A stretch of DNA of 64,000 nt from NCBI GenBank assembly GCA_963738405.1, contig CAVTWJ010000009.1, positions 128,001-192,000 on the forward strand, written 5' to 3'. A program made the translations under genes and the position numbers. Source of the stretch: a candidate division FCPU426 bacterium (GTDB lineage Bacteria > Oederibacteriota > Muellerivitia > Muellerivitales > Muellerivitaceae). Shown piece by piece: positions 17,916-27,184 of this stretch. Under the pieces are notes generated by a model. That model saw only the letters and a list, made by a program, of their open reading frames with translations. It was not told where the DNA came from and ran no database searches. Position 1 is the first letter of the stretch. The number at the start of each line of letters is the position of its first letter.

Positions 17916-17944
17916 AGTATAAAGTGTAACGTTACGGTTTACAA
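17916..17944 (-). promoter_or_regulatory. Promoter of Fic-MerR with an operator palindrome in the spacer
   Basis: TTGTAA-N17-TATACT, 7 nt before ATG; GTAACGTTAC palindrome at 17926-17935. Confidence 0.6.
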
Positions 17945-17952
17945 GATGGTTT

Positions 17953-17990
17953 TACTCAGTCATTGAGTATTTTTACTCAATGACTGAGTA
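17953..17990. repeat. Perfect 17-bp inverted repeat with self-palindromic arms
   Basis: TACTCAGTCATTGAGTA-TTTT-TACTCAATGACTGAGTA. Confidence 0.9.
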
Positions 17991-18144
17991 TTTTCGAAAA
18001 TGGCTTTTAAGGGAGTATTTACAATTTATTCAGCCACCTGAACAAATTGTTTTTGCCGGAATTGCCCTGTCAAGGAAGGCCTTTTTGGCGGTTCGAGACA
18101 AAGGCAAGCCTTTAATAAGCCATTTCGTTATTAAGGATAAGGCA

Positions 18145-18375
18145 TTATCTTTTAATATCTTTGGTCGATGATGTTTCAGGTTTTTGGAATGTTTTATTGA
18201 ATACAGAAAGCCAAATTCGAGGATGTTTTCCCACCTTGACGGAGGGAAGCATCCCCATTTGCCGCCAATATTTAACTGTGTTGACGGGAACCTTAGCGAG
18301 ATCCGCTACTTCTTGTTCTGTCAAAAGGTAATCTTCGTGTTTCAACCGGGGGTCACCCATTACAGTTTTTTTCAT
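18145..18375 (-). CDS. Excisionase-like HTH DNA-binding protein
   Basis: LLTEQEVADLAKVPVNTVKYWRQMGMLPSVKVGKHPRI. Confidence 0.8.
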   Translation of the reverse strand: MKKTVMGDPRLKHEDYLLTEQEVADLAKVPVNTVKYWRQMGMLPSVKVGKHPRIWLSVFNKTFQKPETSSTKDIKR

Positions 18376-18540
18376 GACTGTCTCCTGTTTTTTAAAGTTG
18401 GGAAAACGGCCATTTTAAAGACCCCTTAGTTATTAAGGGTTTTGTGATCCCACGGTGCCTTTCCTCGTGTCATATACGTGTCATTCGGAGTTGTTTTGTA
18501 AGTTTTTAACAGGCCGCCAGAGGTCACCAACGATCAGAAC

Positions 18541-18583
18541 AAAAAAGCCTCTGCTCGTAAAACCATTACGGGCAAAGGCTTTT
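18541..18583 (-). terminator. Long hairpin with T tail just inside the island end
   Basis: Minus strand AAAAGCCTTTGCCCGTAA-TGGTT-TTACGAGCAGAGGCTTTTTT. Confidence 0.7.
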
Positions 18584-18640
18584 AAAAATGTGCTGGGGAC
18601 TGAATTTTTTGCTCGAAGATGTCGGTTGTGGCCTGAAAAA

Positions 18641-18680
18641 ATTTCAAGTCCACTGCCTTACCAATTAGGACTAACCCTCC
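18641..18680 (-). tRNA. 5' half of tRNA-Ser(UGA), interrupted just after the anticodon loop
   Basis: GGAGGGT-TA-GTCCTAATTGGTAAGGC-A-GTGGA-CTTGAAA-T; the expected TCCAC, variable arm and T arm are absent. Confidence 0.8.
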
Positions 18681-18690
18681 AGCCGGGTTG

Positions 18691-18719
18691 ATTGTATCTG
18701 CTTTTCTTCCGCCTGTCAG
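18691..18719 (-). promoter_or_regulatory. tRNA promoter
   Basis: CTGACA-N17-TACAAT, 10 nt upstream of the tRNA 5' end. Confidence 0.7.
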
Positions 18720-18773
18720 GGTTGCTCATTGTACCCAAATTCATTTTTTCAACAACAAATGAATTAAAACGTC

Positions 18774-20606
18774 TTATTTTTCCAGATACCCTTTGAGTTC
18801 CCGGCTTCTGGAGGGATGTCGGAGTTTGCGAAGAGCCTTGGCCTCGATTTGCCGGATTCTTTCCCGCGTGACATTGTAAACACTGCCGACCTCTTCCAAA
18901 GTTTGAGTCCGGCCGTCGTTCAAACCGAAACGCATTCTGAGTATTTCTGCTTCCCTTTCTTTGAGGGTTCCCAGGACCTTGCCGATTTTTTCTTGAAGAA
19001 GCACGAAAGCGGCCGCGTCCGCAGGGGAAACCACCTGTTTGTCCTCGATAAAATCGCCTAGATGGACGTTATTGTCCTCCCCCACCGGGGTTTCCAACGA
19101 TACGGGGGATTGGGCGACTTTTAAAATGGATTGAACCTTTTCGATCGGCAGCTCCAAACGCTCTGCGGCCTCGTCGGCCGTGGGTTCCCGCCCTAATTCC
19201 TGGGCCAGGTCGCGTGACACCTTGATGAACTTATTAATCACCTCATTCATGTGGACGGGAATTCGAATGGTGCGGGCCTGGTCCGAAATGGCCCGGGTGA
19301 TGGCTTGACGCACCCACCATGTGGCGTAGGTGGAAAATTTATAACCACGCCGGTATTCGAATTTTTCTACGGCTTTCATCAGGCCGATATTTCCTTCCTG
19401 GATCAAATCCAAGAAAGAGAGGCCTCGATTGGCGTACTTTTTCGCGATCGAAATCACGAGGCGCAGATTGGCTTCCACCATTTCCATGCCCGCTCGATAG
19501 GATTCTCGTTCACCCTTTCGAATGTTTTTCATCATGGCCTTGATGTCCTCTCGGTCGGCCATGGTTTCTTTTTCGATTTTCTTGATGTTTCGGCGGGCCT
19601 CATCCCAAGCGAGGGCGGCGGCCAGGAAATCCTCCCCTTTGAGCGAACTCTTTTTTTCAATCGGCGCTAACCGGTTGGGGGAGGTTGATTTTAAAAGGCT
19701 GGGGAGCTTGATGTATTCCGCAGGCGAGAGATTCATTCTACTTTCCTGTTTGTGCATCGCGTGTTCTTGGCGGTCGATGTTGTCGCCTTGTTCCTTCATG
19801 CGGTCGATCAGGCGTTCACGCACTTTTTTCTGGAACTGGCAATCTTTCACTAGCCAAATCAGATCAATTAATTGAGTGTCCAATTTTTCGATCAGCTTTT
19901 TTTTCTTTTCAGGCGACAGGGATTTGAGCGTGGTCTGATGCTGCAACGCCTTGATTTGGCGTTCCATGATTTTAAGCTTTCCATGGTTTTTCTTAATCTT
20001 GTCCATGATCTTTTTTTCGGGAATTCCATCGGGAGAATCCGCATAGGGGTTTAAGTCGATGGTTTCCTGAAGGGTTTTTGTTTTTTTGATGATGGATAAA
20101 AAAAGCTCATGCAATTGTAGGAACCCTAAAGCTGAGCCAAGAACTTCTTTTCCTACCATAAATTCACCGGCCTCAATCCGCTTGGAAATGGAAATTTCTT
20201 CCGCCCTGCTGAGAAGAGGAACCCGGCCCATTTGATGAAGGTAGAGTTTGACCGGGTCGCCCATGCGCGATTCCGCACCGGATTCGACGAAGGATTCTGC
20301 CGGTTCGTCATCCTCATCTTCGTTTTTGGTCAGGGTGGCGGAGTTATCGGAGTCGGATTCAGATGCGTCATCAGTTGAAACGGCGGCTTTTTCCGCCCGG
20401 TTAACGACCTCAATGTCGTTTTCCCCCAGGGCGAGAAGCAGATGGTCGATCTCTTTCAGCGACACCACTTCCTCGGGAAGAATGTCGTTCACCTGTTTGT
20501 GGGTGACATAACCCTTTTCTTTTCCCGCCGCCAGGATTTTTACCAGATAAGGTGATTTTTTTTTCGTGTCAGGTTTGATGGGGATGGTCCTTTTTTCATT
20601 GATCAC
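18774..20606 (-). CDS. rpoD: RNA polymerase sigma-70 factor, group 1 type
   Basis: Region 1.1, [56 protein letters not shown]. Confidence 0.93.
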   Translation of the reverse strand: MINEKRTIPIKPDTKKKSPYLVKILAAGKEKGYVTHKQVNDILPEEVVSLKEIDHLLLALGENDIEVVNRAEKAAVSTDDASESDSDNSATLTKNEDEDDEPAESFVESGAESRMGDPVKLYLHQMGRVPLLSRAEEISISKRIEAGEFMVGKEVLGSALGFLQLHELFLSIIKKTKTLQETIDLNPYADSPDGIPEKKIMDKIKKNHGKLKIMERQIKALQHQTTLKSLSPEKKKKLIEKLDTQLIDLIWLVKDCQFQKKVRERLIDRMKEQGDNIDRQEHAMHKQESRMNLSPAEYIKLPSLLKSTSPNRLAPIEKKSSLKGEDFLAAALAWDEARRNIKKIEKETMADREDIKAMMKNIRKGERESYRAGMEMVEANLRLVISIAKKYANRGLSFLDLIQEGNIGLMKAVEKFEYRRGYKFSTYATWWVRQAITRAISDQARTIRIPVHMNEVINKFIKVSRDLAQELGREPTADEAAERLELPIEKVQSILKVAQSPVSLETPVGEDNNVHLGDFIEDKQVVSPADAAAFVLLQEKIGKVLGTLKEREAEILRMRFGLNDGRTQTLEEVGSVYNVTRERIRQIEAKALRKLRHPSRSRELKGYLEK

Positions 20607-20947
20607 TTCACGGGGAAATTAAAAACGATACCCAACTCAGGCCAAACGAAAGAATCCTTGGCCTTGGCCCCTACCGTACTTCTTTTTTATGGGTACCTAG
20701 GAGGTCTTTTCTCCGCAATTCAGACCCCTAGGGGGGTCTCATCCTATAGAGGTTTGGCAAAACGTGTTGAAAAATCGAACTAGAAAGGGGGGTATCGGTC
20801 CATCTAGCAAGGTTTTCGTAGGGAAATTAGCCCTGTCGATTCAACTCGGATTGAAATTTAGGTATGTTTTGATCCAGTTCAAAGGGGTAAAGGGCACAAA
20901 AATGATGTCTCAAAAGGCCCAATTTAAGGCTTGCCCAAGGTGTTTAC

Positions 20948-21490
20948 TTAGGGTTTCAAGGGTTTGATTTGAGCCACAATGATGCGTAATTTTTTGGCCG
21001 CGTCAAAGATGCGGTCGTCCCGGTAAAACTCACCGTAATAAATAGATTTGATACCGGCATTGGCTACCATCTTGAAACAATTCCAGCAAGGAGACGCGGT
21101 GACATAGATATCAGCTCCGTCCACCCTTACCCCGTTGCGGGCCGCTTGGATGATAGCGTTGGCTTCCGCGTGAATCGTGGCCACGCAGTGATTGTCCTCC
21201 ATCATATGGCCAGCGTCGTCGCAATGGGGAAGGCCACGGACGCTTCCGTTGTATCCCGTGGAAAGAATGGTTTTGTCGCGGACTATCACTGCCCCGACAT
21301 GTTTACGGTCACAGGTAGAACGGGTGGCCACTTCGGTGGCGATATTCATGAAATATTGGTGCCAATCTACCCGGATTCGATGGGAAGGTTTGGATTGTTG
21401 AGTCTGTTTCATTTGAAGTGGGGAGGTGTTTCTCTTCCTTAAACGTTGGACCGATTTTTTTTTGAACTTCATGCGGATTTTTTGAGCCAT
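20948..21490 (-). CDS. dCMP deaminase / ComEB family
   Basis: RSTC, STGYNG, HAEANA, SPCWNC. Confidence 0.88.
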   Translation of the reverse strand: MAQKIRMKFKKKSVQRLRKRNTSPLQMKQTQQSKPSHRIRVDWHQYFMNIATEVATRSTCDRKHVGAVIVRDKTILSTGYNGSVRGLPHCDDAGHMMEDNHCVATIHAEANAIIQAARNGVRVDGADIYVTASPCWNCFKMVANAGIKSIYYGEFYRDDRIFDAAKKLRIIVAQIKPLKP

Positions 21491-21550
21491 AACCCCCTCC
21501 GAGTCAAAAGCTAAACTAATTTACCAAAATTTATTGGTTTTCGATCCTTT

Positions 21551-22462
21551 TTATAAAGGGTCAACCGCGAATAGGGCTAACTTTTTAACAGGATGCCAAT
21601 GATCCTTTGATTCGGCCAGCCGCGGCAAACCCTCGGCGTCGCCCGTGTTTACAAAAGAATAGCCTTCCAACTGCCTGCAAAGGGTTGAAAAAATATAAGC
21701 TGGAAGGCCCTTTATATGAAGATCGGTTACCTCCAAGAAAATGCCAAAAGTTTCCTTGTTCAATGGCGCTCCGGCGGTATAAGCGGCCAAGCGATTTTCC
21801 AATAACACGACCCAAGCGGACATGCCCCAGCTATCACCCTGCAAAAGAGTTCGCAAATGCGCCTTTTGGGCGGAATGAATCATTTTTTCTCCCATCTGGC
21901 CTTGAAGATTCGGAAGACGTTGTGATTTCCAGGTTTCGAACAGTTCACCGCAAGATTTAAGATCGGAAGATCGATAGGGTCGAAACAAAACCCTTTCCTC
22001 ACGCAAAAGGTGATTTGCCAGCGATCTTTGGGATCGATAGGAGTCACCTTGTAGTTCGGCTATTCGGGTACGTTCGTAACAATATTCGGTAAGGGTTGGA
22101 TGGACCGGATAGGGAGGGATATTTTGCAGATCCGTTTCGGTAAAACCTTCGACTCGGGAAACGCCCGCTCCGGGGCCGTTCACTTGAGCCATGTATTGAA
22201 AGGCCAAAGCCAACGACTCTTTTGTTAAGGGTTGGGGAGGAACGGGAAAATAAACGTTGGTTCCATAATAGGCTAGGATGAAATGGGTGTTTTTTTTAAC
22301 CGCCCAGGCATAGGCAAAGTCATCCTGCCACATAAGAAAGGAAGGCAGAGATGAACTCAGGGATGAAGCCGATCCAAAAAAGATTCCAGCCGAGTCCAAG
22401 GCGGAATCTAATGGCTCAATTCTGTCAAAAAAATCGGCTAGGGGTAATTGCAAAGAGGACAA
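21551..22462 (-). CDS. DUF2156-like GNAT protein (MprF C-terminal-like)
   Basis: EYCY...ELQG...R, VNTGDAEGLPRLAESKDHWHP. Confidence 0.7.
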   Translation of the reverse strand: MSSLQLPLADFFDRIEPLDSALDSAGIFFGSASSLSSSLPSFLMWQDDFAYAWAVKKNTHFILAYYGTNVYFPVPPQPLTKESLALAFQYMAQVNGPGAGVSRVEGFTETDLQNIPPYPVHPTLTEYCYERTRIAELQGDSYRSQRSLANHLLREERVLFRPYRSSDLKSCGELFETWKSQRLPNLQGQMGEKMIHSAQKAHLRTLLQGDSWGMSAWVVLLENRLAAYTAGAPLNKETFGIFLEVTDLHIKGLPAYIFSTLCRQLEGYSFVNTGDAEGLPRLAESKDHWHPVKKLALFAVDPL

Positions 22463-22477
22463 ATGGGCCTCGAAAAT

Positions 22478-22509
22478 AAAAAAAGCCCCGGAATTTCCGG
22501 GGCTTTTTT
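22478..22509. terminator. Bidirectional intrinsic terminator
   Basis: AAAAAAAGCCCCGGAATTTCCGGGGCTTTTTT. Confidence 0.8.
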
Positions 22510-22511
22510 GC

Positions 22512-23264
22512 CTACTTGCCTGTTAAGACTCGCGCGATTTCACGCCTCAAGCCGTAACTCAATCGGTGAGCTCTTGAAGGAGGACGGTAATTGGTCAAGT
22601 ACTGTGGAAGATTCGGCAATTCCACTACACCATGATCATGACTGACCACCGCCGAAGCGTCTCCCTGGGGATGGGCAAAGACCACCACGCCCTGAATCCA
22701 AATTTGGGAACATTCCTGGGCCCAGCGGGGAGGCAGGTTGGCCTCCAAATGGCTTCGTAAATGATAAATCTGGGTGGCGACCTGCTTTAGGGGGTTATAG
22801 AAGCCTCTCTTGTACCGTGACCGAGTCTTGCGGGCTCTCTTATGAAGAGTCCATTCACGATCCAGAACCTCCCCGGCGATACGGCCACGCAGATATTTGG
22901 TTTCGATCACAAACATGACGTTGTTGGTGATTAGAAGATGATCCAGCTCCCGGGCCTTGTCGCCCGATTGAAACTGCACCGAGTGAAGAACTTTCGCGTC
23001 CATTTGAAGGCCGTCAAGGACCTTGGCCGTCATGGCCTCCCCCTCGCTGCCTTCTCCCACGATCCGGCTGCGGTGTTGGGCGACCGTAAAACTCCATACG
23101 GCGAAACATAAAAAGGTAAGACCCAAAATAACTTTTAACCAAACCCAAGGCAAAAAGAAGAACGAAGCGAAACTCAACGCAAAGAGACTAATCGAAATCC
23201 ATCTCCAACGAGTCACCCAGCGCATCGCGCGGGGGGGTTGGAGCGCCCGCAATGTGGCGACCAT
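22512..23264 (-). CDS. NERD nuclease-related domain protein with two N-terminal TM
   Basis: GSEGE, ELDHLL...FVIETK, NPLKQ. Confidence 0.85.
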   Translation of the reverse strand: MVATLRALQPPRAMRWVTRWRWISISLFALSFASFFFLPWVWLKVILGLTFLCFAVWSFTVAQHRSRIVGEGSEGEAMTAKVLDGLQMDAKVLHSVQFQSGDKARELDHLLITNNVMFVIETKYLRGRIAGEVLDREWTLHKRARKTRSRYKRGFYNPLKQVATQIYHLRSHLEANLPPRWAQECSQIWIQGVVVFAHPQGDASAVVSHDHGVVELPNLPQYLTNYRPPSRAHRLSYGLRREIARVLTGK

Positions 23265-23268
23265 AAAT

Positions 23269-23793
23269 TTATGCCTTTCCCAGCGACAACTCCCGCACTT
23301 CCACCACCTCTTCCTGGTAAATACTAATGAACTGAGGATGTTTGAGGATCAGGGAGGATAGATCGGTGCTTTCCAAGTATCGCTGTATCCAATTCAAGTA
23401 ATTTTGAAGCTTCGCGGACACTTCGCTCCGCGACAGGGCCGGACATTTCGTATCAGCCCCTAACAAAACAGTCCGCTGGTCTTTGCTTTTCATCACCACC
23501 GCGGGGTACATCGAGCAATCCAAGGGACGGGCCTCGTAAATCTGGCACGTGTGATCCCCAGGATTAAAAAATGAGCATGCAAAACCATGCCCGCACTTTA
23601 CCAACTCCGCCTTGGAGGAAAGGCCCTCGGCCTTTTCGCGAAACGAGCCGCCTGATGGCGTTAACTCTACAGTCTGCCGCTCGACCGGGAAAAAAAAGGG
23701 AGACAAATCGGCTTTTTTTTCGGGAAACCTGCAACAGACAGGACACTCCAGGCAAATCTCACTTGGCACCAACTGAGGAGGCTGGGGAAACAT
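23269..23793 (-). CDS. YkgJ-family cysteine cluster protein
   Basis: CLECPVCC, CSFF, CQIYEARPLDCSMYP. Confidence 0.85.
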   Translation of the reverse strand: MFPQPPQLVPSEICLECPVCCRFPEKKADLSPFFFPVERQTVELTPSGGSFREKAEGLSSKAELVKCGHGFACSFFNPGDHTCQIYEARPLDCSMYPAVVMKSKDQRTVLLGADTKCPALSRSEVSAKLQNYLNWIQRYLESTDLSSLILKHPQFISIYQEEVVEVRELSLGKA

Positions 23794-23805
23794 GAAAACC
23801 TTGTT

Positions 23806-24015
23806 TTAAAGATTATATATGCCGATCCCGATGGTGATCAGCCCCCCGATAATCAATACCGGAGCCAAAGTCATGGAGCCCGTAGCCAAAAACATGTAAC
23901 CGGCGACTAAAACACCCACGCCCACTCCCAACGTTAACTTACCTGCACTTGACATACGGGGTTGAATGGCATTCATGGGCTTCATGTTTTTTTCCGGCAT
24001 GCGGTCTTCCTCCAA
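23806..24015 (-). CDS. Small two-TM membrane protein
   Basis: Two hydrophobic helices, TLAPVLII. Confidence 0.6.
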   Translation of the reverse strand: MEEDRMPEKNMKPMNAIQPRMSSAGKLTLGVGVGVLVAGYMFLATGSMTLAPVLIIGGLITIGIGIYNL

Positions 24016-24113
24016 TGGCGTAAAGCGAGAGCATTGTACCAGAACCTCTCGATGGAATTAGGGGTTTCTGGAACCTACGGAAACGTGGATGGCTCTCTGC
24101 CTTAAGGTCATTC

Positions 24114-24917
24114 TTATTTTTTTAACCCTAGCTGGTGCTCTTCTGATGGAGAAATTTGTCTATGTTTCTCAAAAGTTGGCCCTTTTAGCCATTTTTCGAC
24201 TTGAAAGGCCCATACAATCCCAATCAGAAGGCTTGTTTCCAATAAGGCTTTGGCCACAATCTTTAAAGAGGCGCCTTTCGCTTTTCCGCCGGTCCTTTCG
24301 TGGTAAACGGACGGGATTTCAATAGGACAGCTCCCTTGAACCCCCAACTTAGCGCAAATCTCGCTTTCAATGAGTGAACTGTTAAGTTTTAGGTTGAGAG
24401 CCAGTAATTCCTCGCGTTTGTAAACTTTTACCCAATTGACGTCCCGCAAACGGATGCCTAAGAACCACCAGTTGACCATCCTGTTCATTCGAGAAAGGAG
24501 AATTCTAAAAAGGCTGTAACCCTGCTGTTTTTTTCGACAGAAGGACAGAAAGGTTTTAGGCCTCAATCGGGGGCGTGAAATCAGCTCGGCTAAATTAAAT
24601 TGTCCATCCGCGGGAACCACACAGACGTTTTCAAAACGGGAATGAAAGTATCCGCTTCGAAGGGCCGCGCCAATGCCCATGTTTTGAGGATGGAAAACCG
24701 CCCGGACGTTTGAATGCATTTTTTTAAACTCTCGGATGATTTTGGGCGACGCGTCGGAGCTTCCGTCGTCCACGATTAGGATTTCGTTTTTGCCTGGGGA
24801 TATTTTATTCAAAACCCTCAGGGCTTGATTGCCGACACGAAGAATCGAATTTTCTTCGTTGTAACACATGATGACGATGGACCATGTTTGGGAAGATTTT
24901 GCCTTGAGGGGATTCAA
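24114..24917 (-). CDS. GT2 glycosyltransferase
   Basis: CYNEE, VDDGSSD, ADGQF. Confidence 0.88.
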   Translation of the reverse strand: MNPLKAKSSQTWSIVIMCYNEENSILRVGNQALRVLNKISPGKNEILIVDDGSSDASPKIIREFKKMHSNVRAVFHPQNMGIGAALRSGYFHSRFENVCVVPADGQFNLAELISRPRLRPKTFLSFCRKKQQGYSLFRILLSRMNRMVNWWFLGIRLRDVNWVKVYKREELLALNLKLNSSLIESEICAKLGVQGSCPIEIPSVYHERTGGKAKGASLKIVAKALLETSLLIGIVWAFQVEKWLKGPTFEKHRQISPSEEHQLGLKK

Positions 24918-24935
24918 TTTAATTCGATGGAATCA

Positions 24936-26042
24936 TTAATGAATTTCCGCCAGGCCTTTTCGAACCGCCACAGCCACCTCTTGGACCTGGGATGGTTTTA
25001 GTTCCGGGTAAAGAGGCAGGGAGAGGACCCTTCGGCATAGAGATTCGGCGACAGGGAAATCGCCGGAATGATAGCCGAGATCCGAATAGGCTTTTTGTAG
25101 GTGAACGGGAATGGGGTAATGGATGTTGGTTTGAATTTCTTGTTTGACCAGGAAATCGATCAGTTTTTCCCTCTGGTCGGTCTGGATGGCATAGACATGG
25201 TACACATGGCGATTGGGATAGGAAGCGCCCTTGATATGAAGTGTGCTTCCCTTGAATTCGGCATCGTATAGTTGTGCCAAGACACGCCGTGCTTTCGTCC
25301 ATTTTTCCAAATGGCGCAATTTCACCTTCAGGACGGCGCCTTGGAGACTTTCCATACGGTAGTTATAGCCCTTTAAATCATGGTGATATTTATGCTCGGC
25401 GCCCCAATCCCGGAGTATCTTGACGGTTTTGGCCAGGGAAGATTCATAAGTCGTGATGGCTCCCCCCTCCCCGAAAGCCCCCAGATTTTTTCCGGGATAA
25501 AAGCTAAAGCAACTGATGACTCCCATGCTGCCTGCACGGCGCCCTTTGTACTCCGCCCCGTGAGCCTGTGCCGAGTCCTCTATGACTTTAAGTCCGTGTT
25601 TTTGGGCGATCCCAAGAATAGGATCCATATCAGCGCATTGGCCGTACAGATGAACGGGAATAATGGCGCGGGTTTTGGGAGTAATGACTTTTTCGATTTT
25701 GTGAGGATTCAGGTTGAGGGTATCGGAATCGACGTCAACCAATACCGGCTTGGCGCCGGCGTATAGAATGGCGGCTACGGTCGCGATAAAGGTCAAGGGC
25801 GTGGTAATCACTTCGTCGCCGGGTTGAATCCCAATCGCCAGCAGGGCCAAATGCAGAGCGCTGGTTCCGGTATTAACCCCGACCGCATGCGGAACTTGGC
25901 AATACGCGGCGAATTGCTCCTCGAAAGCCGCTACTTCCTTGCCCAAGACATATTGACCACTTTCCAAAACGGAGAGGACAGCCGAATCCAGTTCAGGTTT
26001 CAAACTCTGATATTGGGCCTTTAAATCAAGATAGGGAATCAT
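24936..26042 (-). CDS. DegT/DnrJ/EryC1/StrS sugar aminotransferase
   Basis: IEDSAQAHGA, SFYPGKNLGAFGEGG. Confidence 0.92.
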   Translation of the reverse strand: MIPYLDLKAQYQSLKPELDSAVLSVLESGQYVLGKEVAAFEEQFAAYCQVPHAVGVNTGTSALHLALLAIGIQPGDEVITTPLTFIATVAAILYAGAKPVLVDVDSDTLNLNPHKIEKVITPKTRAIIPVHLYGQCADMDPILGIAQKHGLKVIEDSAQAHGAEYKGRRAGSMGVISCFSFYPGKNLGAFGEGGAITTYESSLAKTVKILRDWGAEHKYHHDLKGYNYRMESLQGAVLKVKLRHLEKWTKARRVLAQLYDAEFKGSTLHIKGASYPNRHVYHVYAIQTDQREKLIDFLVKQEIQTNIHYPIPVHLQKAYSDLGYHSGDFPVAESLCRRVLSLPLYPELKPSQVQEVAVAVRKGLAEIH

Positions 26043-27066
26043 TAGGAATATTCGTCCCAGTCCAAGGAAACGGGAAGGCCCTTTTGAGCGATGGATTGGG
26101 AGGCTTTTTCAAGAATATGAACGACATCTAATCCAGCCTGGCCATCCGAAAGGGGCTTTTTACCTTTTTGGATACTTTCTAAAAAATAAGAAGCTTCAGT
26201 TTTCAACGCCTCCGTCGTGTCCAAGTGAGGAGTCCAAATATCACCCGCACGGTAATCCACCATCATTTTATAAAACTTTTCGGGCTGGTCCGAAATGACG
26301 ATTCCCTTGTCGTAAACTTTTATTTTTTCTGTCACTTCCACGTCGTCATATACGATCATTTTTTTATCGCCGCCGATGAGGGTTTGCCGAATTTTCACTG
26401 GTGCGAGCCAATTCGCATGGATATGGCCGATCAGGTTTTCCTCAAAAAAACAGGTCAGATAGGCGATATTTTCCGGAGCGCCGGACACATGGGAAATTCC
26501 CGTTGCCGCTACGGAAATGGGTTTTTTTCCAAGAACGAAGTTCATGATGGCCAAATCGTGCACCGCCAAATCCCACAGAACATTGACGTCATGTTGGAAG
26601 AGACCCAGATTGACCCGGATGGAATCATAGTAATAAATCCGTCCCAATTGATTTGTCCCAACCAGTTCCTTGATTTTGCGAACGGCCCCGGTGTAGATGA
26701 AGGTATGGTCCACGAATAAAACTTTTTTCTTTTTTCGGCTTCTTCAATTAACCGCAAAACCTGCTGACTGTTAGCGGCAAGAGGTTTTTCAACGAAAACA
26801 TGTTTTCCTGTTTCGAAGGCTTTCATGCACAGTTCAAAATGAGAAGCCACGGGTGTCGCGATGGCGACGGCATCAATTTTTGGGTTTTGAAATAGGTCAT
26901 GAGCATGAAGTGTGGTTTGAAGCGAGGGATACCGCCGCTTGGCTTTTTCCAGATTGGATTGCTTCAGATCGGACACCATCAGGACTTGGGCTCCCTCCGC
27001 CTCAGAAAAATTCCGGAGGAGATTAGGCCCCCAATAGCCGTATCCAATTATTCCAATATTAATCAT
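26042..27066 (-). pseudogene. Gfo/Idh/MocA oxidoreductase split by a -1 frameshift at ~26722-26728
   Basis: N-half MINIGIIGYGYWG...VEKPLA; C-half VDHTFIY...WDLAVHD in another frame; joined by one extra A. Confidence 0.8.
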
Positions 27067-27184
27067 TTTGGGATTCGCTTTCCCCCTGTCATGGTTTAGA
27101 AATCGCAACAAATTTAAGTATATTAAATCTAGGGCCAGGACCTTTAGAAATCATCTTTCCCCTGCCGTGAATGAAAATGAAGTC

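Larger units (their letters stand above)
1..18640. mobile_element. Genomic (defence) island, right end at the tRNA-Ser anticodon loop; left end and integrase not in the window
   Basis: Interrupted tRNA, two Xis-like HTH genes, radC, R-M and defence cargo, AT-rich segments. Confidence 0.8.

Noticed and set aside
18400..18640. Group I intron in the tRNA
   Set aside because: No recognisable intron core or 3' exon; a terminator and island genes follow
20948..21490. dCMP deaminase as part of the island modification module
   Set aside because: Outside the tRNA boundary, beyond rpoD; ordinary ComEB-type gene
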